This document shows, one piece after another, positions 29,437 to 39,837 of a DNA stretch of 64,000 bases (position 1 is the first letter of the stretch; each line of letters opens with the position of its first letter). Source of the DNA: Thermodesulfobacteriota bacterium. GTDB taxonomy: Bacteria > Desulfobacterota > Desulfobacteria > Desulfobacterales > SURF-7. Position numbers and translations under genes: made by a program. The stretch lies in NCBI GenBank assembly GCA_049320885.1, contig JBMORA010000009.1, forward strand, positions 224,001 to 288,000. The letters are read 5' to 3'. The notes beneath the pieces were generated by a model. The model did no database searches. It saw only the letters and a program-made list of their open reading frames with translations, and was not told the origin of the DNA.

Positions 29437-29826
29437 CTATCCGTTCGCAAGGAGTCGTTTCACCACCCACATGCCTGCCAGAACAGAAGCAAAGCCGAAA
29501 ACATTGCTTGCCAGGATGTTCATGCCCGCTGTCAGCGGGTCGCCGCCGCGAAAGGCTTGAATGGATTCCAGGGCGTAGGTTGAAAATGTCGTCAGCGCCC
29601 CCACAAACCCGGTCATGAAGAACAGGCGCGCCGATGGACCGAAAAACGGGGTGCGATCGGCCATGGCGAATGCCGCACCGATGAAAAAACAGCCGATCAG
29701 GTTGGCGGCCAGGGTCCCCAGCGGGAAGCGGCCGTTATAAACAGCCGCGGCGGCCCATGAAAGTCCGAACCGGCAGACGGCGCCGAGGCATCCTCCCGCC
29801 ATGACCAGCAGAATTGATTTCATCAC
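29437..29826 (-). CDS. crcB: Fluoride efflux channel CrcB/Fluc
   Basis: GGCLGAVCRF, FPLGTLAANLIGCF, TGFVGALTTFST. Confidence 0.95.
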   Translation of the reverse strand: MMKSILLVMAGGCLGAVCRFGLSWAAAAVYNGRFPLGTLAANLIGCFFIGAAFAMADRTPFFGPSARLFFMTGFVGALTTFSTYALESIQAFRGGDPLTAGMNILASNVFGFASVLAGMWVVKRLLANG

Positions 29827-29832
29827 TCTTTC

Positions 29833-31128
29833 TCAGGACCGCCTGTTCATCAGTTCTTCAATTTCATCCGGCTCGATGGGAATATTCCGGGTAAGGTCCA
29901 CCGGACCTGTTGCGGTCAACAGGATATCGTTTTCAAGCCGGATTCCAAATCCTTCTTCACGGATGTAGATGCCCGGTTCGCAAGTCAGCACCATGCCGGC
30001 CGAAAGCGGCTGATTCCGGTCCCCGTTGTCGTGGACATCAAGCCCCAGATGATGGGAAACCCCATGCATGAAGTATTTCCGGTACAGGGGGTCATCCTTG
30101 GATTGCCGCTTTACCTCACCGCGCTGCAACAAGCCCAGGCGGACAAGTTCTCCCTCCATATATTCCCCCACCTGTCGCTGATACTGGTCCAGGGTGATTC
30201 CGGGATGAAGTTCCTGAATCGCCGCCCGCTGGATGCGCAAGACGGATTCATACACATCGCGCTGCCGGGGAGTGAAACGACCGTCCACCGGGATTGTCCG
30301 GGTGACATCGGCGGCGTAATTGGCGTATTCCGCACCCGTGTCGATCAGCACCAGATCGCCTTCCCGGCACTGATGATGATTTTTGACGTAATGCAATACG
30401 CAGGAATTGGCTCCGGATGCGACAATCGGCTCGAAGGCCGGCCCCCGCGAGCGATTGCGGATATATTCATGGACGATTTCCGCCTCGATTTCAAATTCCC
30501 ATACACCCGGACGGATAAAGCCGAACAACCGCCGAAAACCCTTTTCCGTAATCCCGCAGGCCCGGGAGATCAGGGATATTTCCATCTCGGATTTGATGAT
30601 CCGAAGATCGCGCATCAACGGCGCCAGACGCTGGTAATGGTGCAGGGGGAAGGACCGTTGGCACCAGTCGATGAAGCGTCTGTCACGACTTTCCACAGCG
30701 GTGTCGGCCCGCAGATGTTCGTTGGTGTTGAGATAGATATGATCGGAGGCGATCAGCAGCGGCCGCAGGATTTTTTCAAACATGCCCGTCCAGTAAACCG
30801 TCCGGACCCCGGATACCGTCCGGGCCTCTTCCTGGGAGTATTTTTCGCCCTCCCAAAGCGCAATTTCCGCGTTGGTTTCCGGAATGAACAACATCTCCCG
30901 GTGCTTTTCCTCCACCGCGTCCGGGCAGATCACCAGGATACAGTCGGCCTGGTCGATGCCGCACAAATAGAAGAAATCCGTCTGCTGAATGAACGGGCGG
31001 GTACCGTCCCCGCTGGTGGGGGATACATCACTGGCATGCAGAATGGCGATGGCTTTCGATTTGAGACCACGAGCCAGGCGGCTGCGGTTGGTGATGAAAA
31101 GCGTCGGATCGACAGGTGCGTATCGCAT
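29833..31128 (-). CDS. Xaa-Pro aminopeptidase (aminopeptidase P)
   Basis: DFFYLCG, LRIIKS..EI, LHY, DTGAE...YAADVTRT, HGVSHHLGLDVHD, EPGIY, GIRLENDI. Confidence 0.92.
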   Translation of the reverse strand: MRYAPVDPTLFITNRSRLARGLKSKAIAILHASDVSPTSGDGTRPFIQQTDFFYLCGIDQADCILVICPDAVEEKHREMLFIPETNAEIALWEGEKYSQEEARTVSGVRTVYWTGMFEKILRPLLIASDHIYLNTNEHLRADTAVESRDRRFIDWCQRSFPLHHYQRLAPLMRDLRIIKSEMEISLISRACGITEKGFRRLFGFIRPGVWEFEIEAEIVHEYIRNRSRGPAFEPIVASGANSCVLHYVKNHHQCREGDLVLIDTGAEYANYAADVTRTIPVDGRFTPRQRDVYESVLRIQRAAIQELHPGITLDQYQRQVGEYMEGELVRLGLLQRGEVKRQSKDDPLYRKYFMHGVSHHLGLDVHDNGDRNQPLSAGMVLTCEPGIYIREEGFGIRLENDILLTATGPVDLTRNIPIEPDEIEELMNRRS

Positions 31129-31133
31129 GATGG

Positions 31134-31499
31134 TTATGGCAGCAGTTCCTGGACGGCGGCAATCAAATCCTTTTGGGCGATGGGTTTGGCGAATGTACGG
31201 ACTGCGCCCAGTTTTTGGGCCAGGCTCAGATAATCCGTCGGTTTGTTTCGTCCCCCCCCGGACATGGCGATGATTTTGATGCCAGGACACGCCCGTTTCA
31301 TTTCAATGATGGTTTCCAGGCCTTCTTTTTCCGGCATGATGATATCGGTGATGATCAGGTCGGCCGGGTCGTTCCGCTGAAGCGCCAGGGCTGCTTTTCC
31401 GTCCGGGGCGTCCGATACCCTGAGACCGATGCGTTCAAGCATCTGGCGGAGCATGGAGCGGATCTGGGGTTCGTCGTCAATGATCAGGACATGCGGCAT
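31134..31499 (-). CDS. Single-domain response regulator receiver
   Basis: VLIIDDE, DLIITDIIMPEKEG, IIAMSG, AKP. Confidence 0.92.
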   Translation of the reverse strand: MPHVLIIDDEPQIRSMLRQMLERIGLRVSDAPDGKAALALQRNDPADLIITDIIMPEKEGLETIIEMKRACPGIKIIAMSGGGRNKPTDYLSLAQKLGAVRTFAKPIAQKDLIAAVQELLP

Positions 31500-31598
31500 A
31501 GGGAGCCTGCCTTTCGGATATGGAGTCGGATACGACTGGGACACTGGAAAAAGTATACCAGAGCCGAATGAAAAAGGTCAAACTGAATCCTCCCGCTG

Positions 31599-32390
31599 TT
31601 AACGGCCGGATTGCTTCTGAAGCATGCGTTCCAGGGCCGACCGGTGATCCTCACTGGAATGGCACAGGGCCTGGAAGGCGGCGGACTGTTCCAGAAGATG
31701 CGGCAGTGCCATGTACTGCCCCATGTATAAAAGCCGTTTCGACAGACGAAGCGCCGCCGCCGGTTTGTCGGTGATTTTTGCCGCCAATGCCTGGGCGCTC
31801 TGGAGCAGGACATGGTGATCGACCACCTGGTTTACCAGACCGATGGCAAGGGCTTTTTCGGCCTCGATCACCTCGCCGGTGAACGTCAGCTCGCAGGCAT
31901 TGGCCATCCCGACGACCCGGGGCAGGAAATACGCGCCGCCATCGCCAGGTATCAGGCCCACCTGCAGAAAAGTCTCCCCGAATTTTGCCCGGACCGAGGC
32001 GATGCGCATATCGCACATCAACGCCAGATCGCATCCCGCCCCGATGGCCGGTCCGTTGACCGCCGCGATGGTGGGCACCTCCACTCCGTGAAGCGCCAGG
32101 GGTATGCGCTGGATATTGCGGCGGTAGTTCTCCATGATTTGCAGGGGTGAACCGGCGAACATCCCCGATTTCGAATACATGTCCTTGATATTGCCGCCGG
32201 CGGAAAAAGCCGGGTCGGCGCCGGTGATGATCAGCACCTTGATGTGCATGTCGGCATTGACCAGACGGCAGGCGCCTTCCACTTCACCGATGATGTCGGC
32301 GCCGGTGATCGTGTTCCGGATTTCCGGCAGGTTGAGGGTGAGGGTGGCGACGTGACCGCTGATATGAAACAGAATGGTCTTGAAATCCAT
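31599..32390 (-). CDS. Enoyl-CoA hydratase/isomerase family protein
   Basis: AFSAGGNI, PTIAAVNGPAIGAGCDLALMCDMRIAS, GLIPGDGG. Confidence 0.92.
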   Translation of the reverse strand: MDFKTILFHISGHVATLTLNLPEIRNTITGADIIGEVEGACRLVNADMHIKVLIITGADPAFSAGGNIKDMYSKSGMFAGSPLQIMENYRRNIQRIPLALHGVEVPTIAAVNGPAIGAGCDLALMCDMRIASVRAKFGETFLQVGLIPGDGGAYFLPRVVGMANACELTFTGEVIEAEKALAIGLVNQVVDHHVLLQSAQALAAKITDKPAAALRLSKRLLYMGQYMALPHLLEQSAAFQALCHSSEDHRSALERMLQKQSGR

Positions 32391-32436
32391 ACGCATTCCT
32401 CCCAGGTTGGCGCCTTGTTGATTGTGATCCGATGCG

Positions 32437-33696
32437 TTACGAGGGCATCACATCCGGCTTGAAATCCAATGTGGCGAAATGATCCGCCAGGGTTTCCTCC
32501 CGCCGGATCAGCTCGATGTTCCCGTCGGCCCGCAGCAGCAGTTCCTTGGGTCTCAGCCGTCCGTTGTAATTGAATCCCATGGCGTGACCATGGGCCCCGG
32601 TGTCGTGAATCAGCAGCAGGTCTCCCGGGGAAATTTTCGGCAGGCATCTCTGGATGGCGAATTTGTCGTTGTTCTCGCAGAGCGCGCCGACCACATCCAC
32701 CGGCTCCTTTGCCGGTGCGCCGTTCTTCCCGTGAATGCTGATTTCATGATAGGCGCCGTAAATGGCGGGCCTCATCAGCGCCGACATGCAGGCATCCACG
32801 CCGATATATCGCCGGTAGGTGTTTTTTTCGTTGATGACCGTTGTGACCAGAACGCCGTGAGGACCGGTCATATAGCGCCCGCTTTCGACGTATAGCGCCG
32901 GGGCATAACCGTTTTTCCGGCCGAACGCGTCAAAGCAGGCGGCGGTTTCCCGGCCAAGGGCGGAAATGTCCAGGGGGTTTTGGTCCGGGGTGTAAGGGAT
33001 GCCGAACCCCCCGCCGATATTGACGAAATCAAATCGAATCCCCAGGGCCGCCGTTATGGACTCGGCCAAATCCAGGATCATGGTGACGGTATCGATCATG
33101 TACCGGTAATTCAATTCGTTGGAGACCAGCATGGTATGAAGCCCGAAGCGTGCGGCGCCGCGATCCCGGGCCTTCCGGTAGGCCGCTATCATCTGATCGT
33201 GATGCAGTCCGTACTTTGCCTCCACCGGATTGCCGATGATGTGGTTGCCGCTGCGCCGGGGACCCGGATTGTAACGGAAGCAGATCAATTCCGGCATTTC
33301 CGGTAATTTTTCCAGCAGGGTGATGTCATCGAGATTGATGACGGCGCCGCCGTCTTTCAAGGCATATTCGAACTCCTCCCTGCTGGTGTTGTTGGAGGTG
33401 AACATGATGTCCGCCGCCACAGCTCCTGCCTGTCGGCTGAGGGCGATTTCGGCTATGGAACTGCAATCGAATCCGAACCCCAGCTCCTTCATGATGCGGA
33501 GGATGCGAGGATTCGGCAGGGCCTTGACCGCATAGTATTCCCGGAAGCCGGGGATGGCGCTGAAAGCCGCGTTCAAATTCCTTCCGGTGGCGCGGATGCC
33601 GATTTCGTCATATATATGAAAAGGGGTCCCGAAATGGGCGGCCGCCTTTTTTACAACAGGGTCCAGGCGGTTCAAAAAATCGTTGCTCATGGGCAT
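32437..33696 (-). CDS. lysA: Diaminopimelate decarboxylase
   Basis: GTPFHIYDE, YAVKALPN, EAKYGL, NIGGGFGIPY, ESGRY, VGALCENND, GAHG.AMGFNYNGR. Confidence 0.92.
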   Translation of the reverse strand: MPMSNDFLNRLDPVVKKAAAHFGTPFHIYDEIGIRATGRNLNAAFSAIPGFREYYAVKALPNPRILRIMKELGFGFDCSSIAEIALSRQAGAVAADIMFTSNNTSREEFEYALKDGGAVINLDDITLLEKLPEMPELICFRYNPGPRRSGNHIIGNPVEAKYGLHHDQMIAAYRKARDRGAARFGLHTMLVSNELNYRYMIDTVTMILDLAESITAALGIRFDFVNIGGGFGIPYTPDQNPLDISALGRETAACFDAFGRKNGYAPALYVESGRYMTGPHGVLVTTVINEKNTYRRYIGVDACMSALMRPAIYGAYHEISIHGKNGAPAKEPVDVVGALCENNDKFAIQRCLPKISPGDLLLIHDTGAHGHAMGFNYNGRLRPKELLLRADGNIELIRREETLADHFATLDFKPDVMPS

Positions 33697-33731
33697 AAGG
33701 TCATATCTCCTTCCGGAATCAAAAAAAACGC

Positions 33732-34220
33732 TTACCCCTCATCCGGCTGGAGTGTCGCCGGATCGATGGAATGCAGCGGGATTTTGGCCGTTTCTTTTTG
33801 GGTGGACAACACGATATGGGTTTTATGGGAACGCACCGGTGCGAGGGGCAGGATTTTTTCCCGCAGCAATCGTTCCAGTTCCCGGTGATCCGCCGTGCGC
33901 ACTTTTAATAGGTACCCGTCCAGGCCGGAAAGGAAATGAACTTCCTGAACTTCCGGCAGGGCGGAAAAACAAAGTCCCCAGTCCTTCGTCCCATCGGCGG
34001 GATCTGTCCGCAACAAAACGAAGGCCACCAGGCTGCGCCGAAAAAACTCCGGATTCAGGCGGACCTCGTATCCATCGATAACGCCCTGTTTTTCGAGCTT
34101 GCGGATTCGCTCCAGGACCGCCGAGGGCGCCATGCCCACCTGTCGGGCCACCTCCACGTTGGGAATACGGGCCTGCCCCTGCAAAATATTCAGAATTTTA
34201 ATGCCAATTTCGTCTATCAT
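33732..34220 (-). CDS. Lrp/AsnC family transcriptional regulator
   Basis: ILNILQ..ARIPNVEVARQVGMAPSAVLERIRKLEKQGVIDGY; PEVQEVHFLSG. Confidence 0.92.
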   Translation of the reverse strand: MIDEIGIKILNILQGQARIPNVEVARQVGMAPSAVLERIRKLEKQGVIDGYEVRLNPEFFRRSLVAFVLLRTDPADGTKDWGLCFSALPEVQEVHFLSGLDGYLLKVRTADHRELERLLREKILPLAPVRSHKTHIVLSTQKETAKIPLHSIDPATLQPDEG

Positions 34221-34331
34221 TCTTATAATCACCAATTTTACAGACCAATAGTCTTAAAAATGGCAAATGTCAAGAATAATTCATCGGTATCCGCCGGTGC
34301 CGGAGGATAAACCCGCCGCCGGCTGTCAGGC

Positions 34332-35270
34332 TCATTGGCGGGGCTGTCCGATCAGTCGACCGGCAATGGCGGTCCAGCCGTCATCGCGGAGCTGCTCCAG
34401 AACCCGGAAACCGACGCTCTCCATTTTGGCGATCACGGTTCCACCCCGCTCCTCGGCGATTCCGGAACAGATCAAAATGCCGCCATCCGATAATGCCGAC
34501 CCGATGGAATCCAGCAGCGTCAGCACCACTTCCGAAAGGATGTTGGCGGCCGCCAAATGGAAGCGCCGGGGGACTTCCTGAATCAAGTCTCCGGCAGCCA
34601 CCGAAAAGCGCAGCGGATCGATATGGTTCAGGGATAGATTGCCGGCGGCGATGCCCACGGCGGTTTCATCATGGTCGATGCCCAATCCACTGCGGGCGCC
34701 CAATTTGGCCGCGGCGATCATCAGGATGCCGGAGCCCGTGCCCACGTCCAGAAAATCGTCTCCCGGCCGGAGATGCCGTTCGATCAGGCGGATGCACATG
34801 GCGGTGGTGGGGTGGGTGCCGGTTCCAAAAGCCATGCCCGGATCGATTTCCAGAACAACGGCGTCGGGTTCCGGCAGGTAGTCCCGCCAGGTGGGCTTGA
34901 CCACTATGCGGTCGGTGATTTTCTCCGGCCAGAAGAATTCTTTCCAGGATTCGGCCCAATCCTCCTCATCCACTTGGCGATAGTGAACCCGGGTGGAAAT
35001 GCCTTCCCTGTCTGCCAGCCGTTTCAGGGAGGCCTCCAGTTCCAGCCTGCGTCCTTCAAAGGACTCATTCAGGACAAAATAACCGATCACGGCATGATGG
35101 GTCGGCCGGGGCAGGGCGTCCTCGCCCCATCCTTCCGCCGGTTCCTCGGACGGATCCTCGATCCACACTCCCTGGAGGCCGAAGCCGTCAAAGAGGTCGG
35201 CGATCAGTTCGATTGCCGGCCGGGGCTGATCACCCTCGTAAACAACCTTTGCTTCCATCCATTTCATCAC
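34332..35270 (-). CDS. prmA: 50S ribosomal protein L11 methyltransferase
   Basis: EEDWAESWK, IDPGMAFGTGTHPTT, LDVGTGSGIL, ANIL. Confidence 0.95.
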   Translation of the reverse strand: MMKWMEAKVVYEGDQPRPAIELIADLFDGFGLQGVWIEDPSEEPAEGWGEDALPRPTHHAVIGYFVLNESFEGRRLELEASLKRLADREGISTRVHYRQVDEEDWAESWKEFFWPEKITDRIVVKPTWRDYLPEPDAVVLEIDPGMAFGTGTHPTTAMCIRLIERHLRPGDDFLDVGTGSGILMIAAAKLGARSGLGIDHDETAVGIAAGNLSLNHIDPLRFSVAAGDLIQEVPRRFHLAAANILSEVVLTLLDSIGSALSDGGILICSGIAEERGGTVIAKMESVGFRVLEQLRDDGWTAIAGRLIGQPRQ

Positions 35271-35453
35271 ATGGTCCTTTCCGGTATCTTGATGTTCAGG
35301 GATTTCCTTATCGTACCAAAATCAAGCCGTGTCAAGGGAACCGTCTTGACGCACCGACATGTCTGGATTATGAGTTGACAAAGCGAATATGCACATAAAA
35401 GGGGGACGGTTATCGAAAAGCGCATCGTCGAAGAAGCCGCGGAATTCATTCGC

Positions 35454-36242
35454 ATGGAAGTCGGCGGCCGGCACCGGGTGGGAATTCTGACCGGCACGGG
35501 GCTCGGCGAAGTCGCCGCCGGTATGGCGGATATCCGCGCCGTGGATTATGCGGCCATTCCGCATTTCCCCACCGCCACCGTGGCAGGTCATTACGGGAAG
35601 CTCCTTAGCGGAAACCTGGCAAACAATCCGTTACTGGTCATGCAGGGCCGGTTCCATCTGTATGAAGGCTACAGTCCGCGTCAGGTCGCCTTTCCCATCC
35701 GCCTGATGAAAGCCCTGGGCATTGAAATCGCGATCATCTTGAATGCGGCGGGCGGTTTGAATCCCTGCTTTCGGGAAGGAGACATCATGCTGCTCTCCGA
35801 TCATATCAATCTGACGGCCTGCAACCCGCTTACCGGTCCCAACGAGGACACCTGGGGCATTCGTTTCCCGGATATGAGCGCTGTTTATGACGGACCTCTT
35901 CGCGGCCTCGCGGATTCAGCCGGCAGGGACCATGGAATCCGATTCCGTCAAGGTGTGTATGCCGGACTGCCGGGGCCGGCATTGGAAACGCCGGCGGAAA
36001 CCAGATGGCTCCGCGCCATGGGGGCGGATGCCGTGGGCTTTTCAACCATTCAGGAGGTCATCGCGGCGGTTCACGCGGGCCTGCGTGTCCTGGGGTTATC
36101 CATCATCACCAACCTGAATGACCCGGAGCACCCGGCGAGGACGACCCTGGAAAGCGTGCTCCAGGTCGCCCGGCGGTCGGCAGCCGTTCTTGCGCCGATC
36201 CTGGGTACCATTGTGGAGCGTATCCATGAACCGGCAAGCTGA
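35454..36242 (+). CDS. Purine-nucleoside phosphorylase (trimeric PNP I type); true start probably further upstream
   Basis: GTGLG, IPHFP..TV.GH.G, QGRFHLYEGY, NAAGG, DHIN, RFPDMS, GP..ETPAE, GADAVG.ST. Confidence 0.92.
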   Translation: MEVGGRHRVGILTGTGLGEVAAGMADIRAVDYAAIPHFPTATVAGHYGKLLSGNLANNPLLVMQGRFHLYEGYSPRQVAFPIRLMKALGIEIAIILNAAGGLNPCFREGDIMLLSDHINLTACNPLTGPNEDTWGIRFPDMSAVYDGPLRGLADSAGRDHGIRFRQGVYAGLPGPALETPAETRWLRAMGADAVGFSTIQEVIAAVHAGLRVLGLSIITNLNDPEHPARTTLESVLQVARRSAAVLAPILGTIVERIHEPAS

Positions 36243-37548
36243 TCTCCTGATCCGGAACGGCCGGATTCTGACCCGGCCATCATCCGGTGATCTGATCGAA
36301 AACGGCACGATCGTCATTCGGAAAGACAAGATTGCCGCAGTGGGAAGCGCCGCGGAAACCGCGGACTGGACGGCCGCTGAAGTCATCGACGCCGGCGGCG
36401 GCATTGTCATGCCGGGCCTTGTCAACACGCATACCCATCTGCCCATGTCCCTTTTCCGGGGATTGGCGGATGATCTTCCGTTGATGACCTGGCTCAACGA
36501 GCATATTTTCCCGGCCGAGGCCTCCCGGATCAACCCCCAGACCGTGGAAATCGGCGCGCGGCTTTCCATTGCCGAAATGCTGCTGTCCGGAACAACCACC
36601 TGCTGCGATGGGTATTTCCATGAAGACATCGTGGCCGCCGTGGTTCAGGAAACCGGAATACGGGCGGTTCTGGGACATGGGGTGATCGACTATCCGGCCC
36701 CCGGTGTTCCGGACCCGCGGGAAAATGTCCGCCGGGCAATGGATTTCTGTGACGGCTGGCAGGAGATTTGCCCCGAAATCAGGCCTTCCGTTTTTTGTCA
36801 TTCTCCGTATACCTGCTCGGCGGAAACTTTGCGCAAAGCCAAGGCGGCCGCCACGGAGAGAGGCCTGCTGTTTCAAATCCATGCGGCGGAAACCCGGGCC
36901 GAGGTAAAGCAGATCCGGGCGCAACACGGGATGACGCCGGTGCAATATCTCGACGGTCTGGGGCTGCTGGATCCCTTGACGCTGCTGGTGCATGCCGTCT
37001 GGCTCGATGAACGGGACATCGGGCTGATCGCCCTGCGGGGCGCTACGATTTCCCACAACCCGGAGAGCAATATGAAACTCGGCGCAGGTATCGCTCCGGT
37101 GCCGGCATTTTTGAATTCCCATATTCCGGTGGGTCTCGGCACCGATGGATGTGCCAGCAACAACGACCTGGACCTTTTCGGGGAGATGGACACAGCCGCC
37201 AAGCTGCACAAGGTCAACGGCCTTGACCCGACGCTGCTCAGCGCCCGTGAGGTGTTGACCATGGCAACCAGCGGAGGTGCCGAAGCCATCGGTCTGAACC
37301 GGGAGATCGGTTCGCTTGAAGTGGGAAAGCAGGCGGATCTGATTGTCATCGATACGCAAAAACCCCACCTGGTGCCCATGTACCATCCTGTTTCCCATCT
37401 CGTCTACGCGGCGCGGGGATCGGATGTCCGGGATGTGTTCGTCGCCGGGAAACCGCTGGTGAGAAACCGTTCCTTGCTGACCATCGATTCGGCCGATCTC
37501 TTTCGCCGGGTATCAGAGTTCGTTGTCGGACAGGATCGAGTCCGTTGA
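36226..37548 (+). CDS. Amidohydrolase, MTA/SAH deaminase-like
   Basis: PGLVNTHTH, HSPYTCS, IHAAET, HNPESNMKLG, GLGTDG.ASNN.LD; adjacent to PNP. Confidence 0.85.
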   Translation: MNRQADLLIRNGRILTRPSSGDLIENGTIVIRKDKIAAVGSAAETADWTAAEVIDAGGGIVMPGLVNTHTHLPMSLFRGLADDLPLMTWLNEHIFPAEASRINPQTVEIGARLSIAEMLLSGTTTCCDGYFHEDIVAAVVQETGIRAVLGHGVIDYPAPGVPDPRENVRRAMDFCDGWQEICPEIRPSVFCHSPYTCSAETLRKAKAAATERGLLFQIHAAETRAEVKQIRAQHGMTPVQYLDGLGLLDPLTLLVHAVWLDERDIGLIALRGATISHNPESNMKLGAGIAPVPAFLNSHIPVGLGTDGCASNNDLDLFGEMDTAAKLHKVNGLDPTLLSAREVLTMATSGGAEAIGLNREIGSLEVGKQADLIVIDTQKPHLVPMYHPVSHLVYAARGSDVRDVFVAGKPLVRNRSLLTIDSADLFRRVSEFVVGQDRVR

Positions 37549-37860
37549 CCTTCCCGCGTCTGTTTTTTTCCCAAGGGGGCGTGCGAAGGTGAACTTGGCC
37601 GGATTGACCACCATTTTTTCGGCAGCCAAGGAAATATTGCCGCCGGGAGCGGAAAACGGCAGGGAGACAACGAACATTGCGCTGCCGAAGACCAGCGCCG
37701 CCAGACCCAGCGGCCTTGCGATCAGCGTATCAGCCACCATGGAACCGGCGTCCAGGTTCGTTGCCGCTGCATGCCCGTCGGCGGCGGCGCCGAGCGACAC
37801 CAGGGTTACCGCCACTATTATCTGTTTTATTTTTTTCAAGATTCGTTTGGGTAGGGTCAT
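37513..37860 (-). CDS. Small exported/membrane hypothetical protein
   Basis: Signal peptide, then M.AD..IARPLG...FVVSLPFSA.GGN...PA.FTF.RPLG pattern. Confidence 0.7.
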   Translation of the reverse strand: MTLPKRILKKIKQIIVAVTLVSLGAAADGHAAATNLDAGSMVADTLIARPLGLAALVFGSAMFVVSLPFSAPGGNISLAAEKMVVNPAKFTFARPLGKKTDAGRSTDSILSDNEL

Positions 37861-37943
37861 TTGTTTTTCCCCATTTAGAAAGGGTCCCTGTTATCCAGCC
37901 GGTTTCCCAGGGCGGCCGGTCGACCCTGAAGCATGCCTGAGTA

Positions 37944-37972
37944 TATATAGAAGGGAAGCCGCTGCATGTCAA
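37944..37972 (-). promoter_or_regulatory. Sigma70 promoter for the 37860 gene
   Basis: Minus strand TTGACA, 17 nt, TATATA. Confidence 0.5.
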
Positions 37973-38077
37973 GCAAGGCTTCGCGGGATCAAAACCGCTT
38001 ATTGACACCGATGGAATTTTACGATAGTTCATCGACGCTAGCGATGTTTTTTACAGCCATGAATTAGGGAAACCAGA

Positions 38078-39772
38078 ATGATTATAGGGCTGGATGTCGG
38101 CGGTACCCATACGGATGTCGTGTTGCTCGATCAGGAAAGCCTGGTTAATGAAATCAAGGTGCGCACCGATTCATCGGATTTGTTCCAAAGCGTGTTGGAA
38201 GGCCTGGAACGGATAACCGCCGGCGTGGACCCGAAAAAAATTGAACGGGTGGTGCTGAGCACGACATTGACGACCAATGCCATCGTCCAGGGCGCCGTGC
38301 CGAATGTCGGGATGATTGTTTCCAGCGGTCCTGGTATCGATCCGGAATATTACCGCACCAATGAACAGTATTACCCGGTGTCCGGCTCCATCGACCATCG
38401 CGGCCGTCGTATCACGCCGGTGGATCCGGAACAGATCAAGGCGGTGGGCAGAACCCTGGCCGCCGCGGGCGTCCGTCATGTGGGTGTGATCGGTAAATTT
38501 TCCGCCCGCAATCCGAGCCATGAGCTGGAGATCCGGCGAATCCTGCGTGATCATTTCGAGCATATTTTCCTCGGACATCGTATTTCCGGCAATCTCAATT
38601 TCCCCCGGCGTATTGCTACCACCTTTCTGAATGCGGCGGTATACCCGATTCACAAGGAATTCTTCACGGCGGTCAAGCGATCCCTGGATCGCCATGGATT
38701 GAAGGTGCCCATTCATATACTCAAGGCCGACGGCGGCACCATGAGTTTCGAGTTTTCCATTGATTTTCCGGGCCAGACCATTCTTTCCGGGCCCGCGGCC
38801 AGCGTTATGGGCGCCTGCGCTTTCGCACCGGTGGATGAGGATGTCATCGTCCTGGATATCGGCGGCACCACCACCGACATGGCGGTCCTCATCGGTGGCG
38901 CGCCCCTGCTCGACCCTTTCGGCATCGAACTCTGCGGATACAAAACCCTGATTCGATCGTTGAATACGCGTTCCATCGGGGTGGGCGGCGACAGCGTCGT
39001 GCGCATTATCCGGGGGGAGCTGTGCATAGGGCCGGACCGGTGCGGCATGGCTATGGGGTATGGCGGACCGTCGCCCACACCCACCGATGCTTTGATGGTT
39101 CTCGGCATCATGCCGGATGGTGAAAGGGATCGGGCGGTTGCCGGTCTGGAACCGCTGGCCGCATCTTTGGGAATCAGTCTGGAAGAGACAGCGAATCGGA
39201 TTTTCGACCTCGCCTGTCAGAAAATCCTGACGGAAGCCGTTCAAATGGTGGAACAGATCAATTCCAAACCCGTATACACCATCCATGAATTGCGGGAAGG
39301 CTATCGGGTGGATCCCAAAAAAATGATGGTCCTGGGCGGACCCGCGCCCTATTTTGCGGAACGGCTGGCCGCCAACAGCAGTTTCAGGGTCAACACGGTC
39401 CCCAAATGGAAAGTGGCCAACGCCATCGGTGCGGCGCTGGCTCGGACCACCTGCGAAGTCACCTTGTTCGCCGATACCGAGCGGGGAATTCTTACAGCCC
39501 CGGAAGAAAAATTCAAAAAGAATGTATCCAGGGATTTCTCCCGGGAACAGGCGGTTGAAAAAGCGTTTGACCTGTTGAAGGAGAAAGCCTTTGTCAGAGG
39601 GGCAAACCCCAGGGATCTCGAAATCGAATTGCTGGAGGATCTCCAGTTCAATATGGTGAGGGGGTTTGACACCACCGGGAAAAATATCCGCATCAAGGCG
39701 CAGGTCAAGCCCGGACTGATTCATGGGTACGGTGCGGTGGCGGAAAGGCTGTCGAAGAAAGAAGCCCCATAG
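38078..39772 (+). CDS. Hydantoinase/oxoprolinase A-type (ASKHA ATP-binding) protein
   Basis: GLDVGGTHTD, STTLTTNA, SGPAAS, DIGGTTTD, PTPTDAL, VANAIGAA. Confidence 0.88.
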   Translation: MIIGLDVGGTHTDVVLLDQESLVNEIKVRTDSSDLFQSVLEGLERITAGVDPKKIERVVLSTTLTTNAIVQGAVPNVGMIVSSGPGIDPEYYRTNEQYYPVSGSIDHRGRRITPVDPEQIKAVGRTLAAAGVRHVGVIGKFSARNPSHELEIRRILRDHFEHIFLGHRISGNLNFPRRIATTFLNAAVYPIHKEFFTAVKRSLDRHGLKVPIHILKADGGTMSFEFSIDFPGQTILSGPAASVMGACAFAPVDEDVIVLDIGGTTTDMAVLIGGAPLLDPFGIELCGYKTLIRSLNTRSIGVGGDSVVRIIRGELCIGPDRCGMAMGYGGPSPTPTDALMVLGIMPDGERDRAVAGLEPLAASLGISLEETANRIFDLACQKILTEAVQMVEQINSKPVYTIHELREGYRVDPKKMMVLGGPAPYFAERLAANSSFRVNTVPKWKVANAIGAALARTTCEVTLFADTERGILTAPEEKFKKNVSRDFSREQAVEKAFDLLKEKAFVRGANPRDLEIELLEDLQFNMVRGFDTTGKNIRIKAQVKPGLIHGYGAVAERLSKKEAP

Positions 39773-39837
39773 AGGCCTGACGGGCTGCGGGTTTCTGTCC
39801 GAGGGAAGCGGATGGCAAGGAGTGCCGGAGAACGCAG

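Noticed and set aside
29826..29833. Fluoride riboswitch upstream of crcB
   Set aside because: Only a 6-bp gap to the upstream gene; no riboswitch consensus seen.
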